Shown: positions 53,945 through 62,493, numbered from the stretch's first letter. The stretch: DNA of 64,000 nucleotides from Burkholderiales bacterium (GCA_023383795.1 JAHDYJ010000007.1:9363-73362); one strand, 5' to 3'. Program-made: numbers and translations. Notes: generated by a model from the sequence alone, not told the origin.

Positions 53945-55144
53945 ATGGATCTGGGCGGCAATCTCGGGCACCTCACCTACTCGACGCTCGTCCATCCCGG
54001 CGACACCTGGGACGAGATGTGGGCGAGCCTCACGCGCTACGTGCCGGCGGTGAAGCAGCGCTTCGCGCCCGACAGGCGCTTCGGCGTGTCGCTGCGGCTG
54101 TCCGGCAAGTCGGCCGAGCGCCTCGCCGCGAACGCGGCCGAGCGCGCGCGGCTGCAGGCGTTCCTGGACGAGAACAACATGTACCTCTTCACGGTGAACG
54201 CGTTCCCGCACGGGCCGTTCAAGGGCACGCGCGTGAAGGAGCTCGTGTACGAGCCCGACTGGCGCACCGACGAGCGCGCGAGCTACACGATGCAGGTCGC
54301 CGACATCCTCGCCGAGGTCGCGCCGGCGGACGTCGCGCCGTCGATCCAGAGCCCGCCGCTCGGCTTCAAGCCGCGCGTGACCGGCCCCGACGTGATCGAC
54401 GCCTACACGCGCCAGGTGCTGAAGACCGTCGCCCACCTGGTCGGGCTGCGCGAGCGCACCGGGCGCACCGTGACGCTCGCGCTCGAGCCCGAGCCGGCCT
54501 GCTTCCTCGAGGTGACCTCCGAGGTGATCGACTATTTCGGCCGCCACCTCTACAGCCCCGCCTCGGTCGACGCGCTGGCAAGGCAGACCGGGCTCTCGAA
54601 GCCGCGGGCCGAGGAGGCGCTGCGCCGCCATCTCGGCACCGTCTTCGACATCTGCCACCAGGCGGTGGAGTACGAGAACATCGCCGAGGCGCTCGGCAGC
54701 CTGAAGCGCGCCGGGGTCCCGGTGTTCAAGCTGCAGGCCGCCGCCGCGATCCGCATCCCGCAGGTGACGCAGGAGGTGGTGAAGGCGCTGGAAGCATACG
54801 ACGATCCGGTCTACCTGCACCAGACGGTCGAGATGAAGGACGGGAAGCTCTCGCGCTTCGTCGACCTGCAGGAGGCGTTCGCCGCGTTCCGGAGCGACCC
54901 GGGCCCGCGCGAGTGGCGCATCCACTTCCACGTGCCGGTGTTCCTCGAAAGCCTCGGCGCGCTCTTCAAGACGACGCGCCCGGCGATCGAGGAAGCCCTG
55001 CGGGTGCACAAGGCCGACGCCGTGTCGACGCAGGTCGAGATCGAGACTTACACCTGGGACGTGCTGCCGGACGAGCTGAAGACCGGCGACATCGTCGACT
55101 ACGTGGTGCGCGAGCTCGAGTGGGTGCGCGGCGAGCTCGTCTGA
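53945..55144 (+). CDS. Xylose-isomerase-like TIM-barrel protein (sugar-phosphate isomerase/epimerase fold; possibly EboE-like)
   Basis: Last 399 aa of track ORF 52628..55144, starting MDLGGNLGHLTYSTLVHPGDTW. ..LALEPEP.., ..HFHVPVF.., ..VEIETYTW... The EboE resemblance is from memory only. Confidence 0.6.
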   Translation: MDLGGNLGHLTYSTLVHPGDTWDEMWASLTRYVPAVKQRFAPDRRFGVSLRLSGKSAERLAANAAERARLQAFLDENNMYLFTVNAFPHGPFKGTRVKELVYEPDWRTDERASYTMQVADILAEVAPADVAPSIQSPPLGFKPRVTGPDVIDAYTRQVLKTVAHLVGLRERTGRTVTLALEPEPACFLEVTSEVIDYFGRHLYSPASVDALARQTGLSKPRAEEALRRHLGTVFDICHQAVEYENIAEALGSLKRAGVPVFKLQAAAAIRIPQVTQEVVKALEAYDDPVYLHQTVEMKDGKLSRFVDLQEAFAAFRSDPGPREWRIHFHVPVFLESLGALFKTTRPAIEEALRVHKADAVSTQVEIETYTWDVLPDELKTGDIVDYVVRELEWVRGELV

Positions 55145-55150
55145 TTCGTC

Positions 55151-55170
55151 ATTCCCGCGCAGGCGGGATT
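55151..55170. repeat. REP-type hairpin ATTCCCGC-GCAG-GCGGGATT
   Basis: 6-bp perfect core stem TCCCGC/GCGGGA, 7 nt after the stop at 55144. Same core as 17207-17224. Confidence 0.7.
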
Positions 55171-55238
55171 GCATTGCGCCGCCGAACGGCCCACCGGATC
55201 CCCGCTCGCGGCGATGACGCGATGAGGAGGTCTGCGAA

Positions 55239-56120
55239 ATGAAAGTCGGATTCATCGGCCTCGGCCGCATGGGCGGCGGGATCGCCGGCCGCCTGCAGGG
55301 CGCGGGCCACGAGCTCGTCGTCTACAACCGCACGCGCGAGAAGGCCGCGGCGCTCGAGAAGGCGGGCGCGAAAGTCGTCGGCTCGATCGCCGAGGCGTGC
55401 GCCGGGCGCGAGGTCGTGGTGACGATGCTCGCGCACGACCAGGCGCTCGAGGAGGTCGCGCTCGGCGCCGGCGGCATCCGCGGCGCGCTGGCGAACGGCG
55501 CGATCCACGTCGCGATGGGCACGCACGGCGTCGCCGCGACGCGCGCGCTCGCGCGCGCACACGCCGAGGCCGGCCAGGTCTACGTCGCCGCGCCGGTGCT
55601 CGGCCGGCCCGAGGTCGCAGCGGCCGGCCAGCTCGGCATCGTCGCGGCCGGCCCCGCCGACGCGGTGGCGAAGTGCCGCCCGCTCTTCGACGTGATGGGC
55701 CGGCGCACGTTCGAGGCCGGCGCCGACCAGTCGGCCGCCGCCGCGATCAAGCTCGCCAACAACTTCGTGCTCGGCTGCGCGATCGAGGTGCTCGGCGAGG
55801 CGTTCGTGCTCGCCGAGAAGCACGGCGTCGCGCGCGCCCTGCTCTACGACGTGCTGACCGACGTGCTGTTCGCCTGCCCCGCCTACAAGGGCTACGGCGA
55901 CATCATCGCGAAGCAGGACTGGGACCGCGTCGGCATCACGGCGCGCCTCGCGCTGAAGGACTGCAACCTGGCGCTCGCCGCCGCCGAGGGCGTCGAGGTG
56001 CCGCTGCCGAGCGGCAGCGCCTGGCGCGACCGGTTGATCGGCGCGATCGCGCACGGCCTCGCCGAGAAGGACCAGTCGGTGGTCGCGGTGGCGCAGGCGC
56101 GGGCGAGCGGGCTGGGGTGA
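55239..56120 (+). CDS. NAD(P)-dependent beta-hydroxyacid dehydrogenase (3-hydroxyisobutyrate / 6-phosphogluconate dehydrogenase NAD-binding family)
   Basis: Track ORF, 293 aa. MKVGFIGLGRMGGGIA; ..AAPVLGRPE..; ..AAAIKLANN.. Confidence 0.88.
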   Translation: MKVGFIGLGRMGGGIAGRLQGAGHELVVYNRTREKAAALEKAGAKVVGSIAEACAGREVVVTMLAHDQALEEVALGAGGIRGALANGAIHVAMGTHGVAATRALARAHAEAGQVYVAAPVLGRPEVAAAGQLGIVAAGPADAVAKCRPLFDVMGRRTFEAGADQSAAAAIKLANNFVLGCAIEVLGEAFVLAEKHGVARALLYDVLTDVLFACPAYKGYGDIIAKQDWDRVGITARLALKDCNLALAAAEGVEVPLPSGSAWRDRLIGAIAHGLAEKDQSVVAVAQARASGLG

Positions 56121-56258
56121 CAAACGGCGAACGGTGAACGGTAAGCGGCAAGCGGAAAAAGCGGTGCCGCGGATTGCGCGGAGCCGAGAGCGCATCCCGA
56201 TAGCGCGGCGCGCGTTGCGCGCTGCGCGTCCCGTTCACCGCTTACCGTTCACCCGTCT
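56121..56258. repeat. ORF-less inverted heptanucleotide-array element (arms 56121-56155 and 56231-56258)
   Basis: Left arm: CAAACGG CGAACGG TGAACGG TAAGCGG CAAGCGG. Right arm: CCGTTCA CCGCTTA CCGTTCA CCCGTCT. A perfect 16-bp inverted repeat GGTGAACGGTAAGCGG (56133-56148) / CCGCTTACCGTTCACC (56238-56253) is separated by 89 nt. The element fills the convergent gap and overlaps the SDR stop codon. Confidence 0.85.
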
Positions 56259-57024
56259 TCGGGGCCAGCTGCAGGTCCGCGCCCCCGAGGATCATCCGGT
56301 TCCAGGTCGGCGAGACGACGATCTCGTTCAGGCACATGTGCGGCGGCGCCTCGGCGACGAAGCGCACGATGCGGGCGAGGTCCGCGGGCTTCAGCATCCG
56401 CGCCTCCTCCTCCGTGCTCGGCGGCACCGGCCGCGCCTTCAGGATCGCCGTCGCGACCTCGCCCGGGAAGATCACGCAGCCGCGGATGCCGTTCACGCCT
56501 TCCTCGATGTTGAGCGAGGCAGTCATCGATGCGAGCGCATGCTTGCTCGCGTTGTACGCCGGACCGGCGAGATAGCCGTCGTAGCGTCCGTACCACGACG
56601 AGACGTTGATCACGACCCCGTCGCGCCGGGCGCGCATCGCCGGCAGCGCCGCGGCCGTGCAGTAGAAGGCGCCGTTCAGGTTCACGCCGAGCACGCGCTC
56701 CCAGCTCTCGAGCGCGAGCTCGTTCCAGTGGCGCTTCGGCACGTTCGTCCCGGCGCAGTTCACCAGGACGTCGATGCGGCCGTGGCGCTCGAGGATCTCG
56801 TGCGCGGCGTGCGCCACCTGCTTGCGCTCGGCCACGTCGAGCGGCATCTTCTCGACCCGGCCGCCGGCGGCGGTGACGAGCGCGCGCGTCTCCTCGAGCG
56901 CCTCGGAGCGCCGCCCCGATATCACCACGAGCGCGCCGGCGCCCGCCAGCTCCACCGCCACCGCCTGCCCGATGCCGCTGCCGGCCCCGGTGATCCACGC
57001 GATCCTGCCGCTCGATGCGCTCAT
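56242..57024 (-). CDS. Short-chain dehydrogenase/reductase (SDR)
   Basis: Track ORF, 260 aa. TGAGSGIG, NCAG, YNASKHA. GGGAGG before the ATG. The last codons (..TGER*) lie inside the heptad array. Confidence 0.88.
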   Translation of the reverse strand: MSASSGRIAWITGAGSGIGQAVAVELAGAGALVVISGRRSEALEETRALVTAAGGRVEKMPLDVAERKQVAHAAHEILERHGRIDVLVNCAGTNVPKRHWNELALESWERVLGVNLNGAFYCTAAALPAMRARRDGVVINVSSWYGRYDGYLAGPAYNASKHALASMTASLNIEEGVNGIRGCVIFPGEVATAILKARPVPPSTEEEARMLKPADLARIVRFVAEAPPHMCLNEIVVSPTWNRMILGGADLQLAPKTGER

Positions 57025-57087
57025 TTCCGCCGCCTCCCGATCCGTTCGCCGCCCCTGCTATCATCGCGCCGCCAGGGGGGAGACACA

Positions 57088-57495
57088 ATGACCGGAGCGG
57101 AGTCCATCGCCTACCTCGTCGCGCGCGTGCTGTCGACCGGAATCTGGATCGCGGCGGGCTGGTACAAGTGGGCGCACTACGAAAAGACGATCGGCGAAAT
57201 GGTCCAGCACGGCGTCCCGCTGCCGCGCCTGGTCCTGCCGCTCGTGCTGGCCCTCGAGTTCGTCGGCGCGGCGATGCTCGTCTTCGACGTCCACGTCTGG
57301 GCCGCGGCGCTCGCCTGGATCGCCTTCACCATCCCGGCGAGCATCATGTACCACTTCCGCTTCATGGTGCGCGAGGGCACGATCGACTTCGTCCAGTTCC
57401 TGCTCGGCTGGAAGAACGTCTCCATCATGGGCGGCTTGATCGCGCTGATCCTGCTCGACAAGAGCCGCCCGGCATGGCTGTTCGGCGGCGGCTGA
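57088..57495 (+). CDS. DoxX-family small membrane protein
   Basis: Last 135 aa of track ORF 56134..57495, starting MTGAESIAYLVARVL with GGGGGAGA upstream. Four hydrophobic helices. Confidence 0.6.
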   Translation: MTGAESIAYLVARVLSTGIWIAAGWYKWAHYEKTIGEMVQHGVPLPRLVLPLVLALEFVGAAMLVFDVHVWAAALAWIAFTIPASIMYHFRFMVREGTIDFVQFLLGWKNVSIMGGLIALILLDKSRPAWLFGGG

Positions 57496-57505
57496 CCGGC
57501 GGACC

Positions 57506-59059
57506 CTACCGCCGCTCGTAGCGCTCGAGGAGCTTCTCGGAGCCGAACTCGCGCGTCGCGACGTGGGCGAACCCGGCCCGCGCGAGCAGCGCCGGCACCT
57601 CGTCCTGCGGGTCGTACACGTCGCGCACGCGCCGCACCAGCACGAGCGTGCGCCGCCCTTCGATCGCGCGCGCGAGGCCGGCGAGCCCGTCGGGCTCGAC
57701 CACCGGCACGCAGCGGCTCGTCGGGTACTCGACCGCGAGGCCGGGCGCGGGGTACGGCCGGGGCACGCCGCGCATCGCCCGCGCGACCTGCGCCTGCGCG
57801 GCCGCATGCGCGAGCGGCAGCTCGAGCTCGTTCGGCAGCAGCAGCACGAGCGCGTCCTCCGGCGTCGCCGCGAGCGCGCGCACGATCGCGTTCCACGGCT
57901 CCTTGCGCTGCCCCTGCGCGAGCAGCAGATGGTCGGCGAAGAGGCTCGCCGCCACGAGCGGCAGGAAGACCGCCATCCGCAATGCGGCCGAGCGCAGGCG
58001 CGCAATCGCCGCTGCGACGCCGATGCAGGCCGGCAGCGCGATCCCGATCAGCACGCGCGCGATCAGGATCGGCTTCAGGAGCAGGCTCGCCGCCAGCGTG
58101 AACAGGATCGGCCCGACCGCCATGCACCCGAGCAGCAGCGCGGCGCCGCGACGGCCGCTGCGCCAGAGGCCGGCGAGCCCGAGCACGAAGAGGCCGGCGA
58201 CCGCCGCCACCACCCACGGCAGCGGTGCGCCGAGCACCAGTCCGACCTCGTGCAGCACGTACCCCGCGGTCGGCCACGGGATCCAGAACGCATCGATCAC
58301 GCCGCGCGCCTGCGCGATGTAGGTCGGCAGGTACGGCGCCCACGCAGCCGCGATCGCCAGCGCGACCAGGGCGACCGCGCGGCCGTGGCGGCGCGCGCCG
58401 GGCTCGATCGCCATCCAGGCGAGCGCCGCGCAGGCGAGGCTCGCGAGCACGAACACCGCGGTGTTGCGCAGCCAGACCGCGAGCGCGCCGCCCGCGGCGA
58501 GCGCGAACCAGGCGCCGAGCCCTTCGCGCACGCCCGGCCGCGCGGAGCTGCCGGCGGCCGGGTCGCCGCGGCAGGTGACGCGCAGGCCGCCGTAGAGGAC
58601 GAGAGCGAACGCGACCGTGACGAGCGCGTAGGCGCGCGCCTCCTGGGCGAACTCGATCTGAAACGGCGCGACCGCGAGGAGCGCCGCGGCGAAGAACCCG
58701 ACCGCCGGAGCGATCACGCGCGCCGCGCCCCACAGCACCGCCACCGCGAGGACGCCGGCGAGCGCGCTCGGCGCGCGCAGCGCGGCGGCGCCGTCGCCGG
58801 CGAGCGCGACCCACCCCTTCAGGATCAGCGGATAGAGCGGAGGCTGGGGATCGCAGGTCGGAACGAGCCAGGCGAGCGCGCCGAGCGGTTGGCGCGCGGC
58901 CCACCACGAGTAGGCCTCGTCGAGCCACACGGGCTCGCGGCCGAGGCCGTGGAAGCGCAGCGCCGCCGCCACGGCGAGCAGCAGGCCGAGACCCGCCCAC
59001 TCGACGCGCGACGCCGCGCCGCGCGCTGCGCCGGCCGCCTTGCCCTGCCCCGCGCCCAC
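57506..59059 (-). CDS. Polytopic membrane glycosyltransferase, GT39/ArnT-like (PMT_2-type)
   Basis: Track ORF, 517 aa (GTG start after GGGGAGGGGGAA). N-terminal ..FHGLGREPVWLDEAYSWW.. is typical of this family; many TM helices and a soluble C-terminal domain. Confidence 0.65.
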   Translation of the reverse strand: MGAGQGKAAGAARGAASRVEWAGLGLLLAVAAALRFHGLGREPVWLDEAYSWWAARQPLGALAWLVPTCDPQPPLYPLILKGWVALAGDGAAALRAPSALAGVLAVAVLWGAARVIAPAVGFFAAALLAVAPFQIEFAQEARAYALVTVAFALVLYGGLRVTCRGDPAAGSSARPGVREGLGAWFALAAGGALAVWLRNTAVFVLASLACAALAWMAIEPGARRHGRAVALVALAIAAAWAPYLPTYIAQARGVIDAFWIPWPTAGYVLHEVGLVLGAPLPWVVAAVAGLFVLGLAGLWRSGRRGAALLLGCMAVGPILFTLAASLLLKPILIARVLIGIALPACIGVAAAIARLRSAALRMAVFLPLVAASLFADHLLLAQGQRKEPWNAIVRALAATPEDALVLLLPNELELPLAHAAAQAQVARAMRGVPRPYPAPGLAVEYPTSRCVPVVEPDGLAGLARAIEGRRTLVLVRRVRDVYDPQDEVPALLARAGFAHVATREFGSEKLLERYERR

Positions 59060-59117
59060 TTCCCCCTCCCCGAGCGCGGCGGCGCCTGCTCCGAGACGCT
59101 CGCCGCGGGCAATCAGC

Positions 59118-59813
59118 TCACCGGCGCGCGAACTGCGCCGCGCCGAACATGTTCTCGCGCCACTGCGGATCGTCCGGCGGCGGCCGGCGTACGTGCGCGA
59201 GCACCTGCAGCGCGCGCTGGACCGCGGGCCGCGCGTTGATGGCGTCGAACCAGCGCTTGACGCGCGGATAATCCTCCAGCGCGACGCCCTGCCGCTCGTG
59301 CGAGCGCAGCCAGGGCATGATCGCGATGTCGGCGATCGAGTACTCCGCGCAGCCGACGTACTCGCTCTCCGCGAGCCGCTTGTCGAGCACGCCGTACAGC
59401 CGGTGGGCCTCCTTCGTGTAGCGCTCGATCGGATACGGGAGCTTCTCGAGCGCGTAGGCGCGGAAGTGGTGCGCCTGGCCGAGCATCGGCCCGATGTGCC
59501 CCATCTGGAACATCAGCCACTGCAGCACGGAGTAGCGGTCGCGGACGCTCTCCGGCAGGAGCCGGCCGGTCTTCGCCGCGAGGTACAGCAGGATCGCCCC
59601 CGACTCGAACATGGACATGGGCTTGCCGTCGGGCCCCTCGGAGTCGACGATCGCCGGGATCTTGTTGTTCGGGCTGATCGCGAGGAATTCCGGCCTGAAC
59701 TGCTCGCCGGCGCCGATGTTCACCGCGTGGACGCGGTACTCGAGACCGGTCTCCTCGAGCATGATGTGGATCTTGTGCCCGTTGGGCGTCGGCCAGGTGT
59801 AGAGGTCGATCAT
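59118..59813 (-). CDS. yfcG: Nu-class glutathione S-transferase-like disulfide reductase (YfcG-like)
   Basis: Residue 26 onward of track ORF 59118..59888: MIDLYTWPTPNGHKIHIMLEE..GEQFRPEFLAISPNNKIPAIVD..FESGAILLYLAAKTG, near-collinear with my memory of E. coli YfcG. The track's N-terminal extension is translated heptad repeat. Confidence 0.85.
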   Translation of the reverse strand: MIDLYTWPTPNGHKIHIMLEETGLEYRVHAVNIGAGEQFRPEFLAISPNNKIPAIVDSEGPDGKPMSMFESGAILLYLAAKTGRLLPESVRDRYSVLQWLMFQMGHIGPMLGQAHHFRAYALEKLPYPIERYTKEAHRLYGVLDKRLAESEYVGCAEYSIADIAIMPWLRSHERQGVALEDYPRVKRWFDAINARPAVQRALQVLAHVRRPPPDDPQWRENMFGAAQFARR

Positions 59814-59827
59814 TCGCGAGACAGTTT

Positions 59828-59883
59828 GGCAGTTGGCAGCGGGCAGTTGGCAGTGGGCAGTTGGCAGTGGGCCGTGGACGGTG
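59828..59883. repeat. Solo tandem heptanucleotide array, 8 units of GGCAGTT/GGCAGTG type
   Basis: GGCAGTT GGCAGCG GGCAGTT GGCAGTG GGCAGTT GGCAGTG GGCCGTG GACGGTG. Lies 14 nt upstream of the yfcG-like start. Same heptad as 62097-62131. Confidence 0.9.
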
Positions 59884-59942
59884 CTCACGGAGCCACGGGC
59901 GCGCGCATATTACACGTGTTCTTCGGGTACGCTCACCACTCC

Positions 59943-60950
59943 TCAATACTCGCTCAAGCGCACCACCTGCTTGCCGAGGTTCTCGCCGCGCAGCATGCCG
60001 ATGAAGGCCCGCGGTGCGTTCTCCAACCCATGCGCGACCGACTCGAAATACCTGAGCTTGCCCTCGGCATGCCAGCCCGCGAGCTGGCGAAGCGCTTCGG
60101 GCCAGACCTCGAGCCGGTCCGAAACGATGAATCCCTGCATGCGGATGCGGTTCACGAGCACCGCGCCGAGGTTGCGCACGGGATAGGCTGCGGTCGCGTT
60201 GTACTGCGACACCAGTCCGCAGATCGTCACGCGCGCGAACGGATTGGTGAGCGCGAGCACCGTGTCCAGCACCTCGCCGCCCACGTTCTCGAAGTCGACG
60301 TCGACGCCGTCCGGCGCGGCGCGCTCGAGGTCCTCGCGCAGCCGCCCGGCCTTGTAGTCGACGCACGCGTGGAAGCCGAGCTCCTGGACGACGTGCGCGC
60401 ACTTGACCGCGCCGCCGGCGATGCCGACCGCGCGGCAGCCGTGCATGCGCGCGAGCTGCCCGACCACGCTGCCGACCGCGCCGGCGGCGGCCGACACCAC
60501 GACCGTCTCGCCGGCCTCGGGCCGCGCCATGTCGAGCAGCCCCATCCAGGCGGTGACGCCGGGCATCCCGAGCACGCCGAGATAGTGCGAGAGCGGCGCG
60601 ACGGCCGGATCGACCTTGCGCAGCGCGGCGCCGTCGGAGAGCGCATAGAGCTGCCAGCCGAGCGACCCGGTGACGAACTCGCCCGCGCGGAACTGCGGGC
60701 TGCGCGAGGCGATCACCTCGCCGACGGTGCCGCCGATCATCACCTCGCCGAGCTCCGCGCGCTTCGCGTAGGACTTCGCGGCGTTCATGCGCATCCGCAT
60801 GTAGGGATCGAGCGAGAGCCAGTGGTTGCGCACCAGCACCTGCCCGTCGGCCGGCTGCGCCACCGGCGACTCGACGATGCGGAAGTCGGCCTCCGTCGGG
60901 AAGCCGCTCGGCCGGCTCGCAAGCAGGACCTGCAGGTTGCGCATGGTCAT
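59943..60950 (-). CDS. NADP-dependent oxidoreductase, medium-chain reductase family (YncB / alkenal-one reductase type)
   Basis: Last 335 aa of track ORF 59943..62162, starting MTMRNLQVLLASRPSGFPT. ATG overlaps the upstream stop (ATGA). ..VSAAAGAVGSVVGQLA.. Confidence 0.85.
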   Translation of the reverse strand: MTMRNLQVLLASRPSGFPTEADFRIVESPVAQPADGQVLVRNHWLSLDPYMRMRMNAAKSYAKRAELGEVMIGGTVGEVIASRSPQFRAGEFVTGSLGWQLYALSDGAALRKVDPAVAPLSHYLGVLGMPGVTAWMGLLDMARPEAGETVVVSAAAGAVGSVVGQLARMHGCRAVGIAGGAVKCAHVVQELGFHACVDYKAGRLREDLERAAPDGVDVDFENVGGEVLDTVLALTNPFARVTICGLVSQYNATAAYPVRNLGAVLVNRIRMQGFIVSDRLEVWPEALRQLAGWHAEGKLRYFESVAHGLENAPRAFIGMLRGENLGKQVVRLSEY

Positions 60951-62080
60951 CCGAGCGCCGCGAACCGCGCGGCATGGTGGTCCGCGTCGCCGAGCTGGAA
61001 GTCGATCATGGTCAGCCGCTTCGCGTAGTGGCTCGCTGGCATCTCGTCGGTCACGCCCATCCCGCCGTGCAGCTGGATCGCGGCCTGGGCGACGAGCCGT
61101 CCCGAGCGCCCGAGGTGCGCCTTGGCGGCCGACACCGTTCGCGCCCGCTCGACCGCGTCTTCCGCATCGGCCCTGACCGCCGCGAGGAGCGCCAACGAGC
61201 GCGATTGCTCGAGGTGGATGAACATGTCGACCGCGCGGTGCTGGAGCGCCTGGAAGCGGCCGATCGGCTGGCCGAACTGCTGTCGCGTCTTGAGGTAGTC
61301 GAGGGTCTGCGCGTTCAGCGTCTCCATTACGCCGACCGCCTCGGCGCACAACGCGGCCGCGCCGACGTCCACGACGCGCTCGATGATCGGCAGCGCCTCG
61401 TCGAGCGGCCCGAGGAGCGCACCCGCGTCCACCGTCACTCCGTCGAGCGCGACCTCGGCCGCGCGCTGGCCGTCGATGGTGCGGTAGCCGCGCACGCTCA
61501 CACCCTTGGCGGCGCGCTCGACCAGGAACAGGCTGATGCCGGCCGCCTCGCGCTCGGCGCCCGCCGTGCGCGCCGAAACGACCAGGACGTCGGCCTGGGC
61601 GCCCCACGGCACGACGGCCTTGCGCCCGTCGAGCACGAACCCCGTCCCGGCGCGCCGCGCGCGCGCCGCCACCTGCGCGAGATCGTAGCGCGCGCCCGCC
61701 TCGCCGTGCGCGAGCGTGAGCAGCAGCTCCCCGCGCGCCGCGGCCGGCAGCAGGCGCTCGCGCTGCGCCGGCGTGCCCGCGCGCGCGACCGTCCCGGCGC
61801 CGAGCACCGCGCTCGCGAGGTACGGCTCCACGACGAGCCCGCCGCCGAGCGCCTGCATCGCGACGAGCGTGTCGACCGCGGTGCCGCCGAAGCCGCCGTG
61901 CGCCGCCGGCAGCGTCAGGCCGAGCAAGCCCATCTCGGCGAGCTGCGCCCAGATCTCGCGGCTGAAGCCCTCGGCCGAGCGCACGATCGCGCGGCGCTTC
62001 TCGAACGGGTACTCGCGCGCGACGAAGCGGGCGAGCGAGTCGCGCAGGAGCTGCTGTTCCTCGGAGAACGAGAAGTCCAC
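60947..62080 (-). CDS. Acyl-CoA dehydrogenase family protein (small-subunit-like member of a two-gene ACAD pair)
   Basis: Track ORF, 377 aa (GTG start): MDFSFSEEQQLLRDSLARF... C-terminal region ..YAKRLTMIDFQLGDADHH.. lacks the usual YEGT-type catalytic Glu block. Confidence 0.85.
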   Translation of the reverse strand: MDFSFSEEQQLLRDSLARFVAREYPFEKRRAIVRSAEGFSREIWAQLAEMGLLGLTLPAAHGGFGGTAVDTLVAMQALGGGLVVEPYLASAVLGAGTVARAGTPAQRERLLPAAARGELLLTLAHGEAGARYDLAQVAARARRAGTGFVLDGRKAVVPWGAQADVLVVSARTAGAEREAAGISLFLVERAAKGVSVRGYRTIDGQRAAEVALDGVTVDAGALLGPLDEALPIIERVVDVGAAALCAEAVGVMETLNAQTLDYLKTRQQFGQPIGRFQALQHRAVDMFIHLEQSRSLALLAAVRADAEDAVERARTVSAAKAHLGRSGRLVAQAAIQLHGGMGVTDEMPASHYAKRLTMIDFQLGDADHHAARFAALG

Positions 62081-62096
62081 GGCGCTCTCGCGAGTT

Positions 62097-62131
62097 GGCA
62101 GTCAACAGTTGGCAGTTGGCAGAGGTCGCAG
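62097..62131. repeat. Heptanucleotide array, downstream (3') flank of the four-helix-bundle gene
   Basis: GGCAGTC AACAGTT GGCAGTT GGCAGAG GTCGCAG. 62111-62123 (GGCAGTTGGCAGA) is the exact complement of 62540-62552. Confidence 0.85.
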
Positions 62132-62139
62132 CGCGACGG

Positions 62140-62493
62140 TCACGGCTCCACTCCGCGTTCAATGGTGCGCATCAAGCCGACAAGCATTGCCAAGGTCTCC
62201 CGCGTCTGTTCGATCCATTCGCGTCCAACGTCTCTCTCGAAGTAGCCAATCTCCACTCCGACGTAGAGCCGCGTTCTCAGCTCACCGCAGGAACCCTTCG
62301 CGTAGGTCAGGAAGCGCACCTTCTCGTTCAGCGATCCCCGCTCGACTCCCTCTGCAGCATTGCTCGGAACGGAGAGCGCCGAGCGCGTGATCTGATCGCG
62401 AAAGCCAAAGTCGCGCACGCCGCGGAGATGCTTGTGTATTTCTACTGTCAGCCGCGTGGACCTCTTCCACACGTCCAGATCTTCGAAGCTCAT
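62140..62493 (-). CDS. Four-helix-bundle protein (23S rRNA intervening-sequence protein / Avd-like family)
   Basis: In track ORF 62140..62547. ATG 62493 gives MSFEDLDVWKRSTRLTVEIHKHL..FGFRDQITRSALSVPSNAAEG..F..AKGSCGELRT, the hallmark pattern of this family. The track's TTG-initiated extension is translated heptad repeat. Confidence 0.85.
   Translation of the reverse strand: MSFEDLDVWKRSTRLTVEIHKHLRGVRDFGFRDQITRSALSVPSNAAEGVERGSLNEKVRFLTYAKGSCGELRTRLYVGVEIGYFERDVGREWIEQTRETLAMLVGLMRTIERGVEP

Noticed and set aside
59828-59883. CRISPR array (tandem short repeats at 59.8, 62.1 and 62.5 kb).
   Set aside because: The period is 7 nt with no spacers, the arrays are only 35-56 bp long, and no cas genes are present.
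59814-59888. N-terminal extensions given by the track to the GST (MSTVHGPLPTAHCQLPAANCQTVSR) and to the four-helix-bundle ORF (MADWSWRTAPGERRSEPV, 62494-62547).
   Set aside because: These residues are simply translated heptad repeat. The conserved family N-termini (MIDLYTWPTPNGHK; MSFEDLDVWK) begin at internal ATG codons.
62140-62493. Diversity-generating retroelement, because the four-helix-bundle protein belongs to the same family as DGR Avd.
   Set aside because: There is no reverse transcriptase ORF and no template/variable repeat pair with adenine-specific differences anywhere in the window. The flanking repeats are 7-nt periodic arrays, not TR/VR.
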